Positions 20,222 to 31,706 are shown, numbered from the stretch's first letter. The stretch: DNA of 64,000 nt from Candidatus Yanofskybacteria bacterium RIFCSPLOWO2_01_FULL_42_49 (GCA_001795615.1 MGKI01000002.1:2760-66759), one strand, 5' to 3'. Notes: a model not told the origin generated them from the sequence alone. Numbers and translations: made by a program.

Positions 20222-21085
20222 TTAGTTGGTAATTATCATCTGATAATTTTCTCCGTCGCTGACGATCTTAACACTGCCGTCAACATCGGTACGATATACC
20301 TTTATACCGAAATTTTCAAGACGGCCCAAAACTTCCTTTGTCGGATGGCCATATCTGTTCTTGGCTCCGACTTGGATTACGGCAACTTGCGGAGAAACCC
20401 CATACAAAAACTCTTCGGAGGTAGATGTTCTTGAGCCATGGTGAGCAACTTTAAGAATGTCAGCATCGAGAGCCACGCCGCTCAATATTATCTGTCTTTC
20501 TGCTCTGGCTTCAATATCTCCGGTCAGTAAAACCTCCATCTCGCCGTATTTAAGCATTAGAACAACGGATTCGTTGTTAACCTTATCCATAACCTTACCG
20601 GCCAACGATTCCGCTGGATGAATTATGGCTAGAATCACGCCGTTTCCCAAGTCAATAACTTTGTTAACCATGGGATCAATAACACTAGCCCCCTCTTTTG
20701 CAACGACTTCTTGCCAAGCGTTATACAGAGATGACTTACGAACAATATTTGAATAAACAATGTTCTCAATCTCGTATCTTTCTAGCACTCCTATCAGCCC
20801 CGTAACATGGTCAGCATCGGAGTGAGTAAGCACAACTAAATCAATGTCTTTATCATAAAACGGCATTGTTTCTCCCAATTTTTGAACGACCGCATTATCC
20901 GGCCCCCCGTCAATTAAAACCTGACTCCCGTTCGGAGCTTCGACAAATATTGCATCCCCTTGGCCGACATCGAAGAAGTGAATTTTAAGGAGGCCATCCT
21001 TGCTACTTGCAATGGAATGAGTTGAAAATGCAAAGACAGAAAGGCAGAGAAGAATGACAAGATGTATTAGAGATAGTTTCCGCAT
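20222..21085 (-). CDS. ComEC/Rec2-type metallo-beta-lactamase-fold nuclease
   Basis: DVGQGDA, THSDADH, LLTGD, HHGS, NRYGHP. Confidence 0.9.
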   Translation of the reverse strand: MRKLSLIHLVILLCLSVFAFSTHSIASSKDGLLKIHFFDVGQGDAIFVEAPNGSQVLIDGGPDNAVVQKLGETMPFYDKDIDLVVLTHSDADHVTGLIGVLERYEIENIVYSNIVRKSSLYNAWQEVVAKEGASVIDPMVNKVIDLGNGVILAIIHPAESLAGKVMDKVNNESVVLMLKYGEMEVLLTGDIEARAERQIILSGVALDADILKVAHHGSRTSTSEEFLYGVSPQVAVIQVGAKNRYGHPTKEVLGRLENFGIKVYRTDVDGSVKIVSDGENYQMIITN

Positions 21086-21128
21086 GGAGATTATTTATCA
21101 TAAATTCGGACAAAAAGAAAAGCCCCTT

Positions 21129-21758
21129 TCAGGACTTTATGTCTATAGATAAGTCGGCCTCTTTTTGTTGCATAAATCTAGTCGATGTCAAACTTGAACG
21201 AGGAGTACCGAATATCTGAACGACGATCATGGTCAGCCTGCCCTGAAATGTGTCATAACCGGTAGCAACACCGATATCACGAAACACACTATGAAGAATA
21301 TTAGCCCGATGCCCCGGACTGGCCATCCAAACTTCCACTAATTCTTTAGCATTTTTAAAATCACCGAGAGCCAGATTTTCCCCGGTCGCTGAGTACTGAT
21401 AATTAAACCGCAACAACAACTCGGGAACCCCTGAAGTCTGATCCGGTCCGTAGTGGGCAAAATATTGCCGTGCAAACATGTCTCTCATTTTAAAATCAGC
21501 AGCCTGATTGAGTTTAGAATTTTCAGCGAGAGAATTTAGGCCGTTGGCCCTTCGTTGGTTATTTGTTTCAAAAATAATATCATCCGGCGATATGAACGCT
21601 CTTGGAACTGGTGGCGGCCCTTGCGCCGGAGGCCCTTGTTCGTTGCCGGAACCGGGAGAACCGCTGGGCGGAGCTGTGGGCGACTTAAAAGTTTCACATC
21701 CCCAAAATCCCAAAACAGAAAATACGACAAGAACAGCTAGCTTAAGTCTAGTGGCCAC
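21129..21758 (-). CDS. CAP (SCP) domain lipoprotein
   Basis: Lipobox FWGC; GENLA, WMASPGHRANIL. Confidence 0.88.
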   Translation of the reverse strand: MATRLKLAVLVVFSVLGFWGCETFKSPTAPPSGSPGSGNEQGPPAQGPPPVPRAFISPDDIIFETNNQRRANGLNSLAENSKLNQAADFKMRDMFARQYFAHYGPDQTSGVPELLLRFNYQYSATGENLALGDFKNAKELVEVWMASPGHRANILHSVFRDIGVATGYDTFQGRLTMIVVQIFGTPRSSLTSTRFMQQKEADLSIDIKS

Positions 21759-21825
21759 TCTTTTTTCCTTTTATCAATGAACAATGTGTATTTACCACAA
21801 ATCCGTTTAAAAAACAAAACCGCCG

Positions 21826-22737
21826 TTAAGCGGTAAAAAATTTAGCTGTTAAAAATTCACTCAACAACATTCTTCTTATCATCTGCGCCCTTCTAAGACC
21901 GTAGGATTTCCAGACATCCTCGCACCACTTATCGGTAAAGGGGACATAAATTCTAACAGGATATCCCCTCTCCAATAACTTCTTTCTCAAAGATTTGCCG
22001 AGAGGACCGTAAAGAAACTGGAATTCAAACGGAAACCTGCCTCTCTCAGAAGCCTTTATGATTTCTTCGGCTAGTTTTCTATCCCTTACCGTTGCCACAA
22101 AAGGAACCCGTCCTGTTTTTAAGTTCTTCCTGAAAATATTTAAATAATTCTCGTTGACCTCCGAAGGATCGCTTAAGACGATCGACGGATCCTCGATGTA
22201 AACACCGGACCCCTTCACAATTCGGAGATTTTTATTCCACAACTTATATTCCCTCATAAGCCGGTTGATTTCAGAAAGATGAGCTTGGACTGCCTGGCGA
22301 ACGATGTTTCTAAAAACAGGGCGAGACGCAAAACTGGAGAAAACCTCAAAAGTATCGGGAATATATTCGTAACTCTCGGCGTCAAACTCCACTTCAATGC
22401 CCCTTGAGAAAGCCTGCTCAATAACAGGAGTCATCTTTTTCAAAAACAACTCCTTGGATATCGCCAAGCCATACAGAGTTGGTTTACATGAAACATTGCC
22501 GCAGTTCCGAGGGTTCATCGTATCAATTAGCGCAAGAGTGGTATCAACTGCCGCATCAACCGTTTTTTCGTCTTTAACATGTTCTCCCAAAAGATTGTAG
22601 GTCATCTTAAACCCTTGGTCCTTTAAACATTCGCCCGTTTTCAGAACCCCACTTACGTTTTGGGCGCCTATAAATCTTTTCCCTAAAAAATGACAGCCAA
22701 TAACATCAATCGGCCACCACAAATCTTTAAAGCCCAT
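21826..22737 (-). CDS. Proline dehydrogenase family protein
   Basis: LLGE, FDAE, LRIVKG, EFQFLYG, RIYVPF, YGLRR. Confidence 0.75.
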   Translation of the reverse strand: MGFKDLWWPIDVIGCHFLGKRFIGAQNVSGVLKTGECLKDQGFKMTYNLLGEHVKDEKTVDAAVDTTLALIDTMNPRNCGNVSCKPTLYGLAISKELFLKKMTPVIEQAFSRGIEVEFDAESYEYIPDTFEVFSSFASRPVFRNIVRQAVQAHLSEINRLMREYKLWNKNLRIVKGSGVYIEDPSIVLSDPSEVNENYLNIFRKNLKTGRVPFVATVRDRKLAEEIIKASERGRFPFEFQFLYGPLGKSLRKKLLERGYPVRIYVPFTDKWCEDVWKSYGLRRAQMIRRMLLSEFLTAKFFTA

Positions 22738-22885
22738 AACTGCCTCTTGTTAAAGGACATCTTGCTTTGTAATACCATAAATTTTAAAAAATAAAAGCCG
22801 GGTAGTAGATTTTTGAGATATGCCTTGGACATAAAGCCAAAAGCAACTCAAAAATTCACTACCCGGAAAAGCCCGATTGGGCCTT

Positions 22886-23245
22886 TCAGCGAAAAATGAT
22901 TCCGTGAGCGGTAAGCCGCGACCTTAGAAGTTCAGCTAAGACCTTGTCTCCTTTGGCATAAATATCCGGAACACAAAGAATGCACACTTTTTCCTTGCCA
23001 GCACCAAACCTCTCTTGCAAAATGGAAGCGTGGCGATCGTGATCTTCGTCCATCACAAATATAATATCCGCCCAATCAACCAGCTCTTGTGTTACCACTT
23101 GTTTTCCTTGGTCATGCTTTTTTATACCGGCTGACTGAACTTCATATCTGTCAGAGCCCTTAAGTAAATCTTCAGCGGTACGGCTTCTGTTGATATTGGC
23201 AGTGCAAACAAATAAAAGCTTGAGTTTAGACACATTAAGCCCCAA
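22886..23245 (-). CDS. Low-molecular-weight phosphotyrosine phosphatase family
   Basis: LFVCTANINRS P-loop, WADIIFVM. Confidence 0.88.
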   Translation of the reverse strand: MGLNVSKLKLLFVCTANINRSRTAEDLLKGSDRYEVQSAGIKKHDQGKQVVTQELVDWADIIFVMDEDHDRHASILQERFGAGKEKVCILCVPDIYAKGDKVLAELLRSRLTAHGIIFR

Positions 23246-23580
23246 GTTTTATGTACTGTTTGAATTGTGACAGATCCTTGAAAAATATCAAGCATTACAA
23301 AGTCCCGCTTTATCGGGGCCAGGCAATCCTGATTATTTTCGGATTTTCTTTCTTGCTTCTTCGAGCTGTCGGACCAAAATTTGACGATGGTCCTCCAATT
23401 CTTTTTTGGGACCCTTGCTTTCTTCTTTAATACTTTTCTCTGTTGCCCGCAACGCCTCTTCAAGCCCCGCTATTTCTTGGTTTGGATTTTTGGGTTTCAC
23501 TTCAAGAAAAGGCCCTTTGTTCTTTTATCATACTAAAATTATACCACGAGTATAAGAAATTGGGACGATATCCAAGCAAT

Positions 23581-25038
23581 TCAAAATCCGGCAAAAAATC
23601 TGATCACTCCGATTTGATAGACCGTAATAGCCCAAGCCAGCCAGCCGACTATCTGGCCGACAACCGGCAAGACCATTCCGCCCAGGCCAGCAGTAAAACC
23701 AAACAGCATTGATGCCGGCAAAAAGGGTGCGACTAAAATATTCGCCGGCAGGGAAACTAGAGAAAAATTTCTGAAATAATAAATTAGCAGCGGGGCTACG
23801 GCCGCCTGAGCGGACACTGTCATAAGAACCGTCTCCTTGACCACACCGAACTCAGGCAGTCTTTTTAATTTCAGGTTAAGGCGAGGGTATAAATACATAA
23901 GCCCAATAACTGCCGAGAATGATAATTGAAAACCTATATCAAAAACTAGCGCCAGAGGATTAACCCAAACCATTATCGCTCCGGCAAGAATAATCGAGTT
24001 TTTAGGATTATATAGACGACCATAGCCGTTGGCAAACAATAACAGAAGGCCCATAATCGAAGCCCTGACGACAGAAGCTGATGCTCCAGTTAGAACGGTA
24101 AATAAAATTATTACAACAACTGAAATCCAAAAGGCAACCCGCCTCCTGAAAAACATGATCAAGCCGGCCAAAACTGCCCATGAAATTATCATTATGTTGT
24201 ATCCTGATATTGCAAGCATATGAGTTGTACCGGTCTTATTGAACGACTCTTTGAGATCGTCCGGTATGTTTTGCCTGGAGCCAAGCAGAATGCCGTTTAT
24301 AAAAGCCGCGTTCGGCTCTGGCACCGACCTTGAAACCGCCGATTCAAAACTTTTTTTAATAAAGAATATTTTTTTATACAAACCGATATTTGCTTTCTCA
24401 AAAAACCCAATACTTTGATACATCAAAGAATCAAAGTGTCCATTTGAATCTAATATATCCGGATAAAACATCGTAGCCCTTATACCGTCTTTTTTGAGAT
24501 AGGTGACGTAGTCGAAATCAACTCGCCCTGAGCTGGTTGAAGGGGTAAAGTTGGCTGGCTTTTCAAGAGAACCGGTTGCCGAAACGATCTCGCCATATTT
24601 AAATTTTGGGAAACTGTCGGTTGTAACTAAAACTTTATCATCGACTTCAACTATTCTGTTCCCGGCGACGACTTGTTTGGCTTTTAAGACAAACTCCTGC
24701 CTCTCGCCGCGATCTGTCGGTTCGCTATCAACATAACCGTTAACAACGACTTCAATTCCCTTTCCGCCGGCCTTTAGGCCGGTGAAAAAGTCCAGCCGAT
24801 CTTGGCTAAAATTTACTGAGTTAAGTCTCACTGCCCCAAACAATAAAGCAATCCCCAAAAAACCGGCCAGCATTAATTTGCCGTTAAAACTTTTGTTATA
24901 CCCAAATACGCCAACCAAACCAATAGCTGCCATGAAGCCCGCATAAATAAAAGTCTGGCTAATATTAAAAACAGAAGCGACAAAAATCCCCCCGAGAAAA
25001 CTGGCTAACGACCAAAAAAATACCTGCGACTTGTGCAT
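23581..25038 (-). CDS. comEC: ComEC/Rec2 competence channel protein
   Basis: HMLAISGYN, SVVRASIM, GFQLSF; multiple TM helices. Confidence 0.9.
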   Translation of the reverse strand: MHKSQVFFWSLASFLGGIFVASVFNISQTFIYAGFMAAIGLVGVFGYNKSFNGKLMLAGFLGIALLFGAVRLNSVNFSQDRLDFFTGLKAGGKGIEVVVNGYVDSEPTDRGERQEFVLKAKQVVAGNRIVEVDDKVLVTTDSFPKFKYGEIVSATGSLEKPANFTPSTSSGRVDFDYVTYLKKDGIRATMFYPDILDSNGHFDSLMYQSIGFFEKANIGLYKKIFFIKKSFESAVSRSVPEPNAAFINGILLGSRQNIPDDLKESFNKTGTTHMLAISGYNIMIISWAVLAGLIMFFRRRVAFWISVVVIILFTVLTGASASVVRASIMGLLLLFANGYGRLYNPKNSIILAGAIMVWVNPLALVFDIGFQLSFSAVIGLMYLYPRLNLKLKRLPEFGVVKETVLMTVSAQAAVAPLLIYYFRNFSLVSLPANILVAPFLPASMLFGFTAGLGGMVLPVVGQIVGWLAWAITVYQIGVIRFFAGF

Positions 25039-25098
25039 GTTTAAAAATCTACCAGCATTTAACAAATTAAAAAAGAGCGCTGAAAACTCTTTTTTAAT

Positions 25099-27999
25099 TT
25101 AATTACAAACTCCTGTCGTCGCGAAGCAATTGGGGCACGAGTAGCACGACCCCGCTCTTATCATTATCGTTCCACAGCCATTGCACAACGGCGCATCGGC
25201 GTTTAAAGATTCGGCTTTCCCGTTGCCTATCGTCCCCGTACCGATGTTGCTTTCGCGTTGAGCCGAAGCAACTTGTCCCTTTTGTCCCTGCTTGTCAAAG
25301 ATAAAGGCAACATCGGTAGCGGAATGGACCAGTTCTGCTAATATTTTGTCGTTTTTGGAGGTTTCGTTTTCTTGCGCGACAGGAATTGGTTCTGCGCCAT
25401 GATCTTCGGCTAAGTACTGATCAACCGGACCAAAGAGTTCTTCCCGATCGTTGGGACTAAGGTATTTCATCCCAATATATCTGAAAACATAATCCATAAT
25501 TGATTTTGCTGTCGGGATATTTGGATTATTTGTAAAACCTGCCGGCTCGAATCTCATATCTTTAAATTTCCTGACCAGTGTCTTAAGCGGTATGCCCGAT
25601 TGGAGGCACATTGAGATCAGAGTCGCAATGGTATCAAATAACCCCGATATGGTACTCCCCTCTTTCGCAGTAGTAATGAAGGTTTCGCCCGGCTGCATCG
25701 TATCAGGATAAAATCCAACCGTAAGGTAGCTTTCAAATCCGCCGACCGAAAACTTATGAGTAATGGACGGCCTTTCGTCCGGCAGTTTAATTCTGGTATA
25801 GCCATTAACCTGCTCAACCAAGCCTTTTTCTTTTTTATTTTCTAGATCCAGAGTTTTTGAAGTATTAAGCGGTTGGATTGATTTGCACCCATCGCGATAA
25901 ACGGCAAGAGCCTTGAGTCCCAACCGCCATCCCTGAAAAAACACATCCTCGATGTCTTCAATCGTTGCATCGCTGGGCAAGTTAATTGTTTTTGATATGG
26001 CTCCCGATATGAACGGCTGAGCGGCGGCCATCATTTTGATGTGACCCATGTAACTTATACTGCGAGTGCCATTCGCGGCCTTAAACGAACAGTCGAAAAC
26101 TGGCGCATGCTCGTCTTTAAGATACGGAGCACCTTCTATGGTTTCTCTGTCTAAAATATAGTCCGATATTGCGTCTACTTCTTCATTTAAATAACCAAGC
26201 CGACGCAAGGCCAAAGGTATTTGGTTATTTACCAGTTTCAATGTCCCTCCCCCAACTAATTTCTTATACTTAACAAGCGCAAGCTCCGGCTCAATCCCAG
26301 TAGTATCACAATCCATTAAGAACGAAATGGTGCCGGTCGGAGCCAGTACGGTAACCTGGGAATTTTTAACTCCATATTCTTTAGCTAAGTTATTAGCTTC
26401 GTGCCAAACTGTTCGAGAGGCTGTTTCGAGATATTTATCATCCATGTTCTGCTCCTGAGAATTATTGAATAATTCCTCTGCTTTATCCAAGTGCTTGGCT
26501 GTAACTTCAAGTGTTCCCTCGCTGTCTTTATAATAACCGGCAAACGGCCCTTTGTGGCTGGAAAGAACCGCCGACATTCTATAGGCCTCCCCGCACATCA
26601 AAGAGGTTATCTGGCCGGCAAGAATCCTTCCTTTGTCAGAATCGTAAGGCAGACCCAAAACCATTAACAATGCGCCCAAATTGGCATAACCCAATCCGAG
26701 TTCTCTATATGCATGGGCATTGTTCTCTATTTTCTCAGTCGGATAAGAAGATCGATCAACCAATATGTCCTGGGCAAGGATCATGGTGTCAACCGCTTTT
26801 TTGAAAGTATCCGCATCAAACCTCCCGCCTTCCCTCAAAAATTTCATTAAATTAAGGGAAGAGAGGTTGCAGGCAGAATTATCTAGGTGCATATATTCAC
26901 TGCACGGGTTAGAAGCATTAATTCTTCCTGCTTTGGGACAGGTATGCCACTCATTTATGGTTGTATCGTATTGAATTCCCGGGTCAGCCGAATGCCACGC
27001 CGCTTCAGCCATCCAGCGAAGAACATCTTTTGCCTTAACCGTCTCAACAGTTTGACCGGTCACTACCGATTTCAAATCCCAATAACCGTCAGCTTCCACC
27101 GCCCTCATAAAGGCATCTGTAACCCTTACAGAGTTATTAGCGTTCTGATAAGGGAGAAGAGTATAAGGGTCAAAAAGATCAGCCGCGATTGAGTCTTTAA
27201 AACCTGCTTGGGCTAACGCTTTAGTCATGTCTTCTATTATTTTTTTGGAATAAATAAAACTGCTAATGTCCGGATGATCGACATTGAGAACTACCATTTT
27301 AGCGGCACGGCGTGTCGTCCCGCCGGAGCGAATTGAATTAGCGACCCCGTCAGCGCCCTTCATAAAAGATACCGGACCGGAAGAGAAACCGCCTTTCGAT
27401 AATGGTTCTTTAGATGATCTTAATTTAGATAAATTAATACCTGAACCGGAACCGTATTTGAATATCCAGCCCTCATCTCTAAACCAGTCCAAAATTGACT
27501 GCATATTGTCTTCAACAGAAAGTATGAAACATGCGCTGCATTGCGGACGCTCATAAACCCCGACATTAAACCACACGGGGCTGTTAAATGCTCCGTATTG
27601 ATTTACCAGAATCCAGGTTAAGTCCTTGGTAAAATTATCGCAGTCGCCTATCGTATCAAAGTATCCGTCGCGCATTCCCCATTCGCCTATCGTTTTGGCA
27701 ACTCTATCAACCATTTGTTTAACGCTATATTCTCTTTCCGGTGAGTCTAACTTGCCCCTGAAGTATTTAGAAGCAACTATGTCAGTAGCAGTTTGGGTCC
27801 AGAAACTTGGAACTTCAACATTGCTTTGTTCAAACACAATAGTGCCATCGCCTTTGACTATCTTGGCCACTCTCTTTTCCCACTTAATGGCATCGTAGGG
27901 ATTGCCCTCGCCAAAAAGACGAGGCCATTTAATACCGATACCGGACTCAATAACCTCGCCGTTAATTCCTAAATTTGGTTGTAATCGGGGTTCGTTCAT
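25099..27999 (-). CDS. nrdJ: Vitamin B12-dependent (class II) ribonucleotide reductase
   Basis: FNSPVWFN, QCSACFI, SNPCSE, APTGTIS, C-terminal zinc ribbon. Confidence 0.95.
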   Translation of the reverse strand: MNEPRLQPNLGINGEVIESGIGIKWPRLFGEGNPYDAIKWEKRVAKIVKGDGTIVFEQSNVEVPSFWTQTATDIVASKYFRGKLDSPEREYSVKQMVDRVAKTIGEWGMRDGYFDTIGDCDNFTKDLTWILVNQYGAFNSPVWFNVGVYERPQCSACFILSVEDNMQSILDWFRDEGWIFKYGSGSGINLSKLRSSKEPLSKGGFSSGPVSFMKGADGVANSIRSGGTTRRAAKMVVLNVDHPDISSFIYSKKIIEDMTKALAQAGFKDSIAADLFDPYTLLPYQNANNSVRVTDAFMRAVEADGYWDLKSVVTGQTVETVKAKDVLRWMAEAAWHSADPGIQYDTTINEWHTCPKAGRINASNPCSEYMHLDNSACNLSSLNLMKFLREGGRFDADTFKKAVDTMILAQDILVDRSSYPTEKIENNAHAYRELGLGYANLGALLMVLGLPYDSDKGRILAGQITSLMCGEAYRMSAVLSSHKGPFAGYYKDSEGTLEVTAKHLDKAEELFNNSQEQNMDDKYLETASRTVWHEANNLAKEYGVKNSQVTVLAPTGTISFLMDCDTTGIEPELALVKYKKLVGGGTLKLVNNQIPLALRRLGYLNEEVDAISDYILDRETIEGAPYLKDEHAPVFDCSFKAANGTRSISYMGHIKMMAAAQPFISGAISKTINLPSDATIEDIEDVFFQGWRLGLKALAVYRDGCKSIQPLNTSKTLDLENKKEKGLVEQVNGYTRIKLPDERPSITHKFSVGGFESYLTVGFYPDTMQPGETFITTAKEGSTISGLFDTIATLISMCLQSGIPLKTLVRKFKDMRFEPAGFTNNPNIPTAKSIMDYVFRYIGMKYLSPNDREELFGPVDQYLAEDHGAEPIPVAQENETSKNDKILAELVHSATDVAFIFDKQGQKGQVASAQRESNIGTGTIGNGKAESLNADAPLCNGCGTIMIRAGSCYSCPNCFATTGVCN

Positions 28000-28052
28000 A
28001 AATGTAATGCAAATCTACAAATGGCATGCGGATACCGCAAATAGATTCGTTA

Positions 28053-28090
28053 GGGTCAAATTGCCGCCCTCAAGGGCGGCAATTTGACCC
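28053..28090. promoter_or_regulatory. Perfect 17-bp hairpin in nrdJ leader
   Basis: GGGTCAAATTGCCGCCC-TCAA-GGGCGGCAATTTGACCC. Confidence 0.5.
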
Positions 28091-28269
28091 ATAAGAGAAG
28101 TTTTAACCCGCTTGAAAGCGGGAGTTGTTCAACTAAATGACTTTATTTTCAAAATTTTAATCACTCAATTTCAAGATATAAAAAAATGCCGGACGAATCA
28201 AGGCAGTTTTTTGTTGATAACCCATTATCCAAGAACAAGGGTTCGACAAAATACTTAAAACAAGCAATA

Positions 28270-29415
28270 TTACTTCATTTTTCGGCGGATAAACGCAGGA
28301 ATATCAAACTCATCATCGTTGACGGAAGAGTCAACCAGTTCTTTTACTGTTATCGGCTGATGGGGAATACCGTTGCCGGAGAGATTCGTGTTTTTTTTTG
28401 GCATATTATCAAACAAGCTCGGACCGCCATTTACTGTCGGCTTTACGGACGAAGGATGGCCGTTGGCAAATCCTGTTGCAACCACCGTAACTTTTATTTC
28501 TCCTTTTTTAATCTTGTCGTCAAGAACTGCTCCGAATATAACTTTCGCATCTGCGTCGATATGCTCGGTAATTATCCTGGCCGCTTCATTAATCTCGGCC
28601 ATCGCCATATCAATACCGCCGGAAACATTGAAAAGCACCCCCCTTGCTCCGTCTATAGACACTTCGAGGAGAGGAGAGTTGATTGCCATTTTAGCCGCTT
28701 CAATCGCTCTGTCTTCTCCGCTTGCTCTGCCAATGCCCATCAAGGCCGAACCTGAATTCGCCATCACGGCTTTCACATCAGCAAAGTCAACATTGATCAC
28801 TCCGGGAATTGTAATTAAGTCGGAAATACCCTGCACGCCTTGGCGCAGAACATCGTCAACGATTGCAAACGATTCAAGCAGCGGCGTTTTTCTGTCTATG
28901 ATAGAGAGCAGTCGGTCGTTAGGAATGGTAATAAGGGCATCTACCCTGTCTCTTAAATTGTGCCAGCCCTCTTCGGCTATCCTCGCTCTTTGAGCACCTT
29001 CGAAATTAAAAGGCTTGGTGACAACGGCAACAGTCAAAGCTCCCAGCTCGCGCGCAATCTCGGCAACAACCGGAGTCGCGCCGGTACCTGTACCGCCGCC
29101 TAAACCAGTCGCAAGAAAAACCATATCCGCACCCTTGAGAGCATTCTGGATTTCTTCTTTCGTATCCTCTGCCGCTTGCCTGCCCACTTCAGGATTCATT
29201 CCGGCGCCAAGTCCTCTAGTTAGACTTTTACCAATGTGAATTTTGGTCGGGGCATTGGTGGCATGAAGCGCTTGAGCATCGGTATTTATCGCAATAAACT
29301 CAACCCCGTGAATCCGGGCCTCTATCATCCTTGCCAGAGCGTTTCCTCCTGAGCCGCCGCATCCAATAACTTTGATCCTGGCAAATGTTTCAAATGGTGG
29401 TTTAATTTGAGCCAC
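28270..29415 (-). CDS. ftsZ: Cell division protein FtsZ
   Basis: GGGTGTG, NVDFADV, C-terminal DIPAFIR. Confidence 0.99.
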   Translation of the reverse strand: MAQIKPPFETFARIKVIGCGGSGGNALARMIEARIHGVEFIAINTDAQALHATNAPTKIHIGKSLTRGLGAGMNPEVGRQAAEDTKEEIQNALKGADMVFLATGLGGGTGTGATPVVAEIARELGALTVAVVTKPFNFEGAQRARIAEEGWHNLRDRVDALITIPNDRLLSIIDRKTPLLESFAIVDDVLRQGVQGISDLITIPGVINVDFADVKAVMANSGSALMGIGRASGEDRAIEAAKMAINSPLLEVSIDGARGVLFNVSGGIDMAMAEINEAARIITEHIDADAKVIFGAVLDDKIKKGEIKVTVVATGFANGHPSSVKPTVNGGPSLFDNMPKKNTNLSGNGIPHQPITVKELVDSSVNDDEFDIPAFIRRKMK

Positions 29416-29545
29416 TGACTAGTGCCTAGCGACTAGTGCCTAGCGACTAGTTTTTTACTAGTAGCTATTGGCTAGTGGCTAGTGGCTAATTACAACTGCT
29501 TATTAACACAAATAAAAAAGCCTTGCAAAGCTGTTGTGTATTACC

Positions 29546-29554
29546 TGTGGATAA
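29546..29554. promoter_or_regulatory. Consensus DnaA box upstream of ftsZ (second copy 43892-43900)
   Basis: TGTGGATAA = reverse complement of TTATCCACA. Confidence 0.4.
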
Positions 29555-29677
29555 CTAGCATCCGAGTAGCGCGCTACGAATGCGCCCACACGAATATATT
29601 TGTGTGAAGCCATCCGTGGTCGGTGATTTGTAAAACTATTTGTGGCATTCGTGTATTATTCGTAGATTTGTGTTGTT

Positions 29678-30916
29678 TTATGGCAAAAAGTTCTTCAGCC
29701 AGTCAGTAATTTTTGAGATGGCACCGTTTGCTTCAGGCAGTAATTTCTGTTTTTGTCCGCCTAGCTCTTTGTCTATCCCCCACAAGACCAAGCCGACCGA
29801 GACAGAAAATGAAGGATCGCCGACAATATTGTTTGCGCCGTCAAAACCTAACGGCTCAGCTACTCTTACCGGCAGTCGCAGCCTATCCTTAACCAAGAAA
29901 GCAAAGCCGGGTAAATTTGAACCGCCACCTGATAAAACAACTCCTGCCGGCAATATACCGTTTTTTGAAACTTTTTTAAGTTCTGACTCTACGATGTCAA
30001 GCAATTCCCCTATTCTGGCATCGACAACTTTAACAAGCTGTTTCTTTGGCACGACAAAATTTTCTTCTCCTATTATTTGCGATAAGTCGATATTGTCCCT
30101 TTTTCTCAGATCTTCTAAGTTTGATGTGGAACAATGTTCAAGTTTAATTCTTTCTGCGATGTTAAGGGATGTTCTCAACGCAACGGCCAAGTCGTTGGTG
30201 ATGTGTTTCGAACCGATTGGTATTACGGCGCTGTGAATTAGGTCGGCTTCTTCAAATACCGCCAGTGTAGAAGTGCCCCCGCCAAAATCAAGATTAATCA
30301 CTCCGTGTTCTCTTTGGCTTTTATTTAGAGACGAGAGAGACGCGGCAAGCGGAGCATATACAAGTCCTGAAACTTCAATGCCGTTTTCATTGACGCACTT
30401 GGCTATATTTCTAAGATACGGGGATAAACCGTCTATAATAAGCGCATCCGCCTCAAGACGAACCCCTTTCATCCCCAAAGGATTTTTAACATATTCCGTA
30501 CCGTCAACAACAAAGTTTCGGGGAATGACATGAATTATCTCTCTGTTGGCCGGCATGCTCACAACCGAAGCGGCCTGAATAACTCTATCTATATCGTTCT
30601 GGGATATTTCATTATCCGCCCTGGATACGGCAATAACGCCTCTGGAAACTTGGGTTTTAATGTGAAGACCGTTAATGCCGACATAAGTTTTCTTTATCTG
30701 CACACCCGCCATTGCTTCAGCTTTCTGAATAGCTGATTTAATGTTATCGATAGTTTCCTCCATGTCTACAACCATCCCTCTGCGCAACCCCTCCGATTCG
30801 GCACTGCCCGTACCCAATATTTCCGGCCTTAAACTGCCGCTGTTTATTCTAGCAACGACAACTTTCACTTGAGAGTTACCTATATCGATACCGGAAATTA
30901 AATATGGACGAGCCAA
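29678..30916 (-). CDS. ftsA: Cell division protein FtsA
   Basis: GIDIG, DFGGGT, HITNDL, LSGGGS; adjacent to ftsZ. Confidence 0.96.
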   Translation of the reverse strand: MARPYLISGIDIGNSQVKVVVARINSGSLRPEILGTGSAESEGLRRGMVVDMEETIDNIKSAIQKAEAMAGVQIKKTYVGINGLHIKTQVSRGVIAVSRADNEISQNDIDRVIQAASVVSMPANREIIHVIPRNFVVDGTEYVKNPLGMKGVRLEADALIIDGLSPYLRNIAKCVNENGIEVSGLVYAPLAASLSSLNKSQREHGVINLDFGGGTSTLAVFEEADLIHSAVIPIGSKHITNDLAVALRTSLNIAERIKLEHCSTSNLEDLRKRDNIDLSQIIGEENFVVPKKQLVKVVDARIGELLDIVESELKKVSKNGILPAGVVLSGGGSNLPGFAFLVKDRLRLPVRVAEPLGFDGANNIVGDPSFSVSVGLVLWGIDKELGGQKQKLLPEANGAISKITDWLKNFLP

Positions 30917-30970
30917 CTAGGTGTTAGGTGTTAGGTGTTAGGTGTTAGAGATGTTTCTAAAACCTAGAAG

Positions 30971-31465
30971 CTAAAACCTAAAAGCTTTTATAATTTTTCC
31001 TTCCAATTTAAACATCTTCTCCGCCTCTCTCTTGGATTTTTCATGCTCATATCCTTTTAAATGCAAAAATCCGTGCACAACTAGCTGTGCCAACTTTTGT
31101 TCTATAGTTATATTCTCTCGCTTTGCCTCATTTTTGGCAATGGATAAGCAGATGAAGATGTCGCCGATATCATAGAAACTGAGAAATTGAGAAATTGAGA
31201 AATTAGATTTGTTTTGAATCGGGAAAGACAAAACATCGGTGGGTTTGTTTTTGTTACGGTATTTTTTGTTTAATTCTTGAATTCTTTTCTCCCCCACCAG
31301 ATTGACGCTAACACTCAACTTGCCTTTGAGTTTTAGTTCTCGAGTAGCCATTTCCAAAATTTTTTTGAAAAAAATCCGCCTGGGAGCTTTTCTTTCTTTA
31401 TAATTTTTTCCGCCAGAGGCGGATCCGCCTTCGGCGGAGAAAACAAGATCGAAATTTTTATTCAT
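30971..31465 (-). CDS. ybeY: rRNA maturation RNase YbeY
   Basis: PTDVLSF, GDIFI, HGFLHLKGYEH. Confidence 0.93.
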   Translation of the reverse strand: MNKNFDLVFSAEGGSASGGKNYKERKAPRRIFFKKILEMATRELKLKGKLSVSVNLVGEKRIQELNKKYRNKNKPTDVLSFPIQNKSNFSISQFLSFYDIGDIFICLSIAKNEAKRENITIEQKLAQLVVHGFLHLKGYEHEKSKREAEKMFKLEGKIIKAFRF

Positions 31466-31586
31466 TGGCTCGATTTTACCACTAAACCTCAATATTCGCG
31501 GAAGACCAAGGGATCAAGCCTCCTTCGCCAAGGCTACGGAGGGCCAATCAAGGATCAAGGGATCCAAGCGTCCAAGTACCTTGAAA

Positions 31587-31706
31587 CTACCGGGAGGGGC
31601 AGACACCGAGATGCGAAGTCGCATCGTCGCGGGAAGCGTGGCCGACGCGGAGACCGTCCGAGTCGAAGCGGCCAACGTTGACGAAGTAGCCGCCGGAAGA
31701 CCGCAC
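31587..31706 (-). repeat. DGR variable repeat VR1
   Basis: 14 mismatches to TR at TR adenines, 1 non-A mismatch near the 3' end. Confidence 0.95.

Noticed and set aside
23332-23500. Possible ~55-aa minus-strand ORF (and a ~50-aa one at ~50175-50323)
   Set aside because: Too short and without recognisable motifs to support a call.
25099-27999. Intein or intron in the class II RNR
   Set aside because: Continuous ORF of normal size with no splice-junction or homing-endonuclease motifs seen.
28186-30236. Long + strand ORFs opposite ftsZ/ftsA, and similar ones opposite tuf, fusA, hppA and the acyl-CoA genes
   Set aside because: Antisense shadows of well-conserved genes, no recognisable motifs.
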